From NCBI GenBank assembly GCA_017464525.1, contig JAFTZM010000008.1:29623-93622 (forward strand): 64,000 bases of DNA. The letters are read 5' to 3'. Made by a program: the position numbers and the translations under genes. Source of the DNA: Clostridia bacterium. Its GTDB lineage: Bacteria > Bacillota > Clostridia > Oscillospirales > QAKW01. How positions within the stretch are numbered: the stretch's first letter is position 1; each line of letters starts with the position of its first letter. Under the pieces are notes generated by a model. It saw only the letters and a program-made list of their open reading frames with translations, searched no databases and was not told where the DNA came from. Shown here piece by piece: positions 59,770-64,000 of the stretch.

Positions 59770-60608
59770 AAATGAACGGTTATAAGCTGATTGCTTCCGA
59801 TCTGGACGGCACCTTTCTGAACGGGGAGATGGAGATCACCCCGGAAAATACCCGGGCCATCGCCGCCCTGCGGGAGCGGGGAGTTGAATTTGTTCCCGCC
59901 TCCGGCCGTACCTTCGGGGAGATGGATCCCGAGCTGCGGGAGCACCCGGATCTGCGCTATTATATCTATTCCGACGGTGCGGTGGTCTTCGATAAGGAGA
60001 CCGGCGAGATGGATACCGCCTGCATGGACTGTGAGCTGTGCAACCGGATCTTTGATATCCTGGAGGAATTTCAGGTATTCCTGGTTGCCCATTGCGGCGG
60101 AAATTCCTACATAGACGGAGAGAGAATGCAACCGTCGGTTCTGGAGCATCACCGCATCAGCCGGTATTACGGCATGATCCTGGCGGAACGGAACCGGGCT
60201 GTCACAGGCTTCCGGGAATTTTACCGCAGCCGGGAGGAGATCGAGCAGATCTTTGTTTTCTTCCACAGCGACGATGAGCTAGCGGAATGCCGCCGGCGCC
60301 TTCTGCGCTTGGGAGAGGTGCAGGTGCTCTCCTCCGAGCCCGGCACCTTTGAGATCGTTTCCGCCTGCGCCGGAAAGGGCAACGGCCTTCTCCGCCTGGC
60401 AAAACGGCTGGGGATCGATCCCTCCCAAACGGTAGCGGTGGGAGACAGCTGTAACGATCTTTCCATGCTTCAGGCCGCAGGCCTTTCCCTTGCAGTTTCC
60501 AATGCATGGGAGGAGGTCAAGGCGGCGGCAGACCGGACGATCTGCTCCAACGATGAGCATATCGTGCCATACATTTTGGAACATATTATGAAGGAGAACA
60601 CAGTATGA
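59766..60608 (+). CDS. Cof-type HAD-superfamily phosphatase
   Basis: DLDGTFL, ASGR, GKGNG, GDSCND motifs; alternative start ATG 59772. Confidence 0.93.
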   Translation: MKMNGYKLIASDLDGTFLNGEMEITPENTRAIAALRERGVEFVPASGRTFGEMDPELREHPDLRYYIYSDGAVVFDKETGEMDTACMDCELCNRIFDILEEFQVFLVAHCGGNSYIDGERMQPSVLEHHRISRYYGMILAERNRAVTGFREFYRSREEIEQIFVFFHSDDELAECRRRLLRLGEVQVLSSEPGTFEIVSACAGKGNGLLRLAKRLGIDPSQTVAVGDSCNDLSMLQAAGLSLAVSNAWEEVKAAADRTICSNDEHIVPYILEHIMKENTV

Positions 60609-61942
60609 AAGTAGTATCTTTTAATATCCGCTGTGCCAACGATAAGGACGGCCACTCTGTTGCAGAGCGGGCGCCCCGGGTCAAGGCGCTGATCGAAAAG
60701 TACGATCCCGATCTCATCGGTTTCCAGGAGGTAGTGCCCCGCTGGATGGAGCACATCCCCGGCGATTACGGCGATACTTACGAGCTGTTCCATAAATACC
60801 GGGATGAGGTCACCGATATCGAGGGCTGCTCCATTCTTTGGAAAAAGGATAAATTTGAGTGCCTGGATAAGGGATATTTCTGGTATTCCGATACCCCGGA
60901 GATCCCCTCCCGGGGTTGGTGCAGCTGGGGCCATTACCGCATTTGTATGTGGGTGAAGCTCCGGGATCTGACCAATGGGGCAGAGTTCCACTTCTTCAAT
61001 ACCCATTTCGGCTTCAGCGACCAATGCCATATCGATAGCGTTCGCCTGATCCGGGATCATATCCGGCATCTGGGCGCAAAGGCAGTGGTGCTGACCGGCG
61101 ATTTCAATATGACCCAGAACGGCCCCGGCTATCGGGATATGACCCAGTTCCTGGTGGATGTGAATAAGGCCACCGCCAATGATATCAGCATCACCTGCCA
61201 TGGCTATAACCCCGACCGTACTGGCATCCCCATCGACTTCTGCTTTGTTACTCCCAATACCATGCATCCTGTTTCCTACCATAAAATGGATGAGCGGTTC
61301 GACGGGAAATTCCCCTCCGATCACTATGGTCTTTTCTGCGAGGTGGAGCCCCGCCAGAGCCTGCGGGTGGTGGGCATCAATGCCGCCGCTGCCGCCGAAG
61401 GGGATCATGAAGCGCGGATGCGCAGTATCCGCAACCGTGTGGTAAATTCCGGTGCCGATATCGCTGCTCTGCAGAATGAAGATGAATCTTTGGTTGATAA
61501 GATGAGTCGCGCCCGGGGCTATGAGGGCGCTCAGTCGATCTATTGGAAAAAAGCAGTGTATGCTTTGGAGCAGGAACTGGAAGGCGCTGTGGTGCTGAAA
61601 AATGTCAAGACCGGCAAAAAGCTCTGCGTGGCCAACGGCGGCAAGGCCGCTCCGGGAATGCCCGCCATTGCAGCTGTGACCGATCAGCCCATAGGCGGGG
61701 ACGGCTACCGGGCGCTCCGGGCGGAATATCAGGATGTCCGCCGGGTGATCGCGCCCCGGAATTATACGCCCACCTACCATGCCATGGGCGCCGATATGGC
61801 AGCTCCTGCCATCGAAAGTTATGTATTCTATCAGGGTGAGGAACTGATCCCCGTTTCCTATCAGGTAGAAGAATTGATCAGCCGCGGTGAATATCTTGCC
61901 GACCGCAGTGCTGTCGTTGCTGATTTTGTAGTAAAGATCTGA
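60605..61942 (+). CDS. Double-domain EEP protein 9 (no signal peptide; second domain strongly degenerate)
   Basis: Domain 1 intact; domain 2 has LQNE and ADR in place of SDH and lacks NTH/GDFN. Confidence 0.9.
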   Translation: MKVVSFNIRCANDKDGHSVAERAPRVKALIEKYDPDLIGFQEVVPRWMEHIPGDYGDTYELFHKYRDEVTDIEGCSILWKKDKFECLDKGYFWYSDTPEIPSRGWCSWGHYRICMWVKLRDLTNGAEFHFFNTHFGFSDQCHIDSVRLIRDHIRHLGAKAVVLTGDFNMTQNGPGYRDMTQFLVDVNKATANDISITCHGYNPDRTGIPIDFCFVTPNTMHPVSYHKMDERFDGKFPSDHYGLFCEVEPRQSLRVVGINAAAAAEGDHEARMRSIRNRVVNSGADIAALQNEDESLVDKMSRARGYEGAQSIYWKKAVYALEQELEGAVVLKNVKTGKKLCVANGGKAAPGMPAIAAVTDQPIGGDGYRALRAEYQDVRRVIAPRNYTPTYHAMGADMAAPAIESYVFYQGEELIPVSYQVEELISRGEYLADRSAVVADFVVKI

Positions 61943-61955
61943 GGAGGATAAGATC

Positions 61956-63458
61956 ATGATCAAAGTAATTACCTTTAACCTGCGCTGTGCCAATGACCCG
62001 GACGGCCACTCCATCGATGAGCGGGCTCCCCGCTTAAAGAAGGTGCTGGCTCCGCTGGATGCCGATCTCATCGGTTTTCAGGAAGTGGTTCCCCGCTGGA
62101 TGGAGCATCTGGAGGAGGATTACGGTGCAGAATATGAGATCTTCAATAAGTACCGTGCCGCCCACAACAAAGAGGCGACCCCGATGATGTGGAAGAAGAG
62201 CCGCTTTGAGTGCCTGGATAAGGGCTACTTCTGGCATTCCGATACCCCCGATATAGAATCCCAGGGCTGGGACAGCATCGGCTGCTACCGCATCTGCCTT
62301 TGGGCAAAGCTGCGGGATAAGGTAGACGGCAGCGAGATCGTCTTTTTCAACACCCACTATGGCTTCGGCGATTACTGCCAGGTCAATAGCGGCCGCCTGA
62401 TCCTGGATCATATCAAGGCCATGAAGGCGGATGCCGCATTTGTAACTGCCGACTTTAATATGTACCCCGGCTCCGCCGGCTATAAGAAGCTGACCGAGGA
62501 ACTGGTGGATTGCAATGCCGCTACCCTGAATTACGGTGGCTGCACCTACCATGGCTATCATCCTGAAAACCATGGGAACGGCCGCCCCATCGACTTCTGC
62601 TTTGCAACCCCCGATACTGTGACCCCCGTTGCCACCACCCTGCTGGATCAGGATTTCGACGGGAAGTATCCCTCCGATCATTTCGGCTTCCTTTATGAGC
62701 TGGAGATCCATCAGCGCCTGAAGCTGATGAGCTTCAATGTGCAGAACAACGGCGCTCCCAAGAGCCCCGAGGATCGGGCTCGGATGCTTCGCAGCATCAT
62801 CCGTAAGTACAATGCTGATGTGGTGGGCCTGCAGGAGGTCACCCCCATCTTTGTGGAGAAGCTGGAAAAGATCGGCCGCTATGGCATCTCCCTCAAGTAT
62901 CGCCTGGAGGAGCAGAAGGAGGCCACTCCTGTCCTCTGGAACAAGGAAAAATTCGATCTGGTTCATGAGGAGTTCTTCTGGCTCAGCGAGACTCCCGATC
63001 AGCCGGGTAAGGGCTTCGGCGGCCACTATGTGCGGATCGCTACTTTGGTGGTGCTGCAGTATAAGAATTCCGATCGCCGGATCTGCTATGTAAATACCCA
63101 TTTCGATTTCGGCGATGAAAATCATGTGGCCTCTGCCAAGCTCATCAAGGAGAAGGTGGCACCCTATGGCGATATGCCCATCTTTGTGACCGCCGATTTC
63201 AATATGCATATCGGCGGAGCCGGCTATAAGGCCATGCGGGAGAATTTCAAGGATGTCCGCTGGGAGGTTGCCCCCCGCGACTTCACTCCCACCTATAACA
63301 GTTTGGGGCATGATATGTGTGCTCCCCAGATCATCGATTTTGTCTTTACCAACGGCGTAAAAGCCACTCCTAAGAGCTATAAGGTCATCGACGAAATGCC
63401 CAAGGGCGAGTATGTTTCCGATCACAATGGTATCTTTACTACTTTTATTATCGACTAA
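61956..63458 (+). CDS. Double-domain EEP protein 10 (no signal peptide; both domains intact)
   Basis: Two full sets of FN..QE..NTH..ADFN..IDF..SDH. Confidence 0.92.
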   Translation: MIKVITFNLRCANDPDGHSIDERAPRLKKVLAPLDADLIGFQEVVPRWMEHLEEDYGAEYEIFNKYRAAHNKEATPMMWKKSRFECLDKGYFWHSDTPDIESQGWDSIGCYRICLWAKLRDKVDGSEIVFFNTHYGFGDYCQVNSGRLILDHIKAMKADAAFVTADFNMYPGSAGYKKLTEELVDCNAATLNYGGCTYHGYHPENHGNGRPIDFCFATPDTVTPVATTLLDQDFDGKYPSDHFGFLYELEIHQRLKLMSFNVQNNGAPKSPEDRARMLRSIIRKYNADVVGLQEVTPIFVEKLEKIGRYGISLKYRLEEQKEATPVLWNKEKFDLVHEEFFWLSETPDQPGKGFGGHYVRIATLVVLQYKNSDRRICYVNTHFDFGDENHVASAKLIKEKVAPYGDMPIFVTADFNMHIGGAGYKAMRENFKDVRWEVAPRDFTPTYNSLGHDMCAPQIIDFVFTNGVKATPKSYKVIDEMPKGEYVSDHNGIFTTFIID

Positions 63459-63465
63459 ATAAGAA

Positions 63466-63502
63466 GGACCCGGGCCTGCATAGCGCAGGTCTGGGTCTCT
63501 TT
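63466..63502 (+). terminator. Stem-loop, possible weak terminator
   Basis: GGACCCGGGCCTGC-ATAGC-GCAGGTCTGGGTCT-CTTT. Confidence 0.55.
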
Positions 63503-63521
63503 GCTTAAATGGAGGTATATC

Positions 63522-64000
63522 ATGCTGAAAGTCATTACGTTTAACATCCTTTGCGGGGTTCGCAACGAGACCCCCGACCATGAAAATTCCAAGCAGAACC
63601 GTGCTCCCCGCCTGCAGGCGGTCATTCAGCCGCTGGATGCCGACCTGATCGGTCTTCAGGAGGCCCGCCCCGCCTGGATGCCTATGCTGGAGGAGGCCTA
63701 CGGTAAGGACTACGAGATATTCTATAAGGAGCGCAAGGTGGATAATCCGGAATCCACTCCCATGATGTGGAAAAAGAGCCGCTTTGATTGCCTGGAGAAA
63801 GGCTATTTCTGGCTTTCCGATACCCCCGACGTAGAAAGCGGCGGCTGGGATAACTACGGCTGCCACCGCATTGCGGTCTGGGCGAAGCTCCACGATAAGC
63901 AGGAGGACCGGGATATCGTCTTTATCAACACCCACTATGGCTTTGGTGATGAAAATCAGGTCAAGAGCAGTAAGCTGATCATGGATCATATCAAGCTCTG
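63522..64000 (+). CDS. EEP-family protein 11 (3'-truncated by window end)
   Basis: GGAGG RBS; MLKVITFNIL..LIGLQEA..FWLSDTP..INTHYG. Confidence 0.9.
   Translation, partial: MLKVITFNILCGVRNETPDHENSKQNRAPRLQAVIQPLDADLIGLQEARPAWMPMLEEAYGKDYEIFYKERKVDNPESTPMMWKKSRFDCLEKGYFWLSDTPDVESGGWDNYGCHRIAVWAKLHDKQEDRDIVFINTHYGFGDENQVKSSKLIMDHIKL

Noticed and set aside
50956-64000. EEP array as retroelement endonucleases or an anti-phage defence island
   Set aside because: No reverse transcriptase, ATPase or mobility genes; lipoprotein signals and the HAD partner point to metabolism.

Overview
Firmicutes (Clostridia-like) chromosomal window with three blocks. (1) 1-32.7 kb holds a tandem family of five very large secreted proteins (one truncated by the window edge). 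They are built from GLUG-like beta-helix modules and Cys/His-rich spacers, and each carries both cohesin-like domain(s) and a C-terminal dockerin. They are followed by a small cohesin-dockerin adaptor, a two-cohesin/dockerin scaffoldin and a cohesin-SLH wall anchor. I recognise no glycoside hydrolase domain, so this looks like a non-cellulosomal, possibly self-polymerising cohesin-dockerin surface complex. All six promoters in the block share one motif (AAGCAACATAA, part of ACAT-N6-ATGT) 36-37 nt upstream of an extended -10. (2) 32.7-50.6 kb holds a NahK/AmgK-like kinase plus a sugar nucleotidyltransferase (minus strand), then the complete S10-spc-alpha ribosomal protein cluster (rpsJ to rplQ). 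(3) 50.7-64 kb holds a small standalone sORF/sRNA unit and a tandem array of at least 11 EEP-family phosphoesterase genes (six lipoproteins, five without signal peptide, three with doubled domains), with an embedded Cof/HAD phosphatase. Domain calls come from motif recognition by eye, with no database searches.
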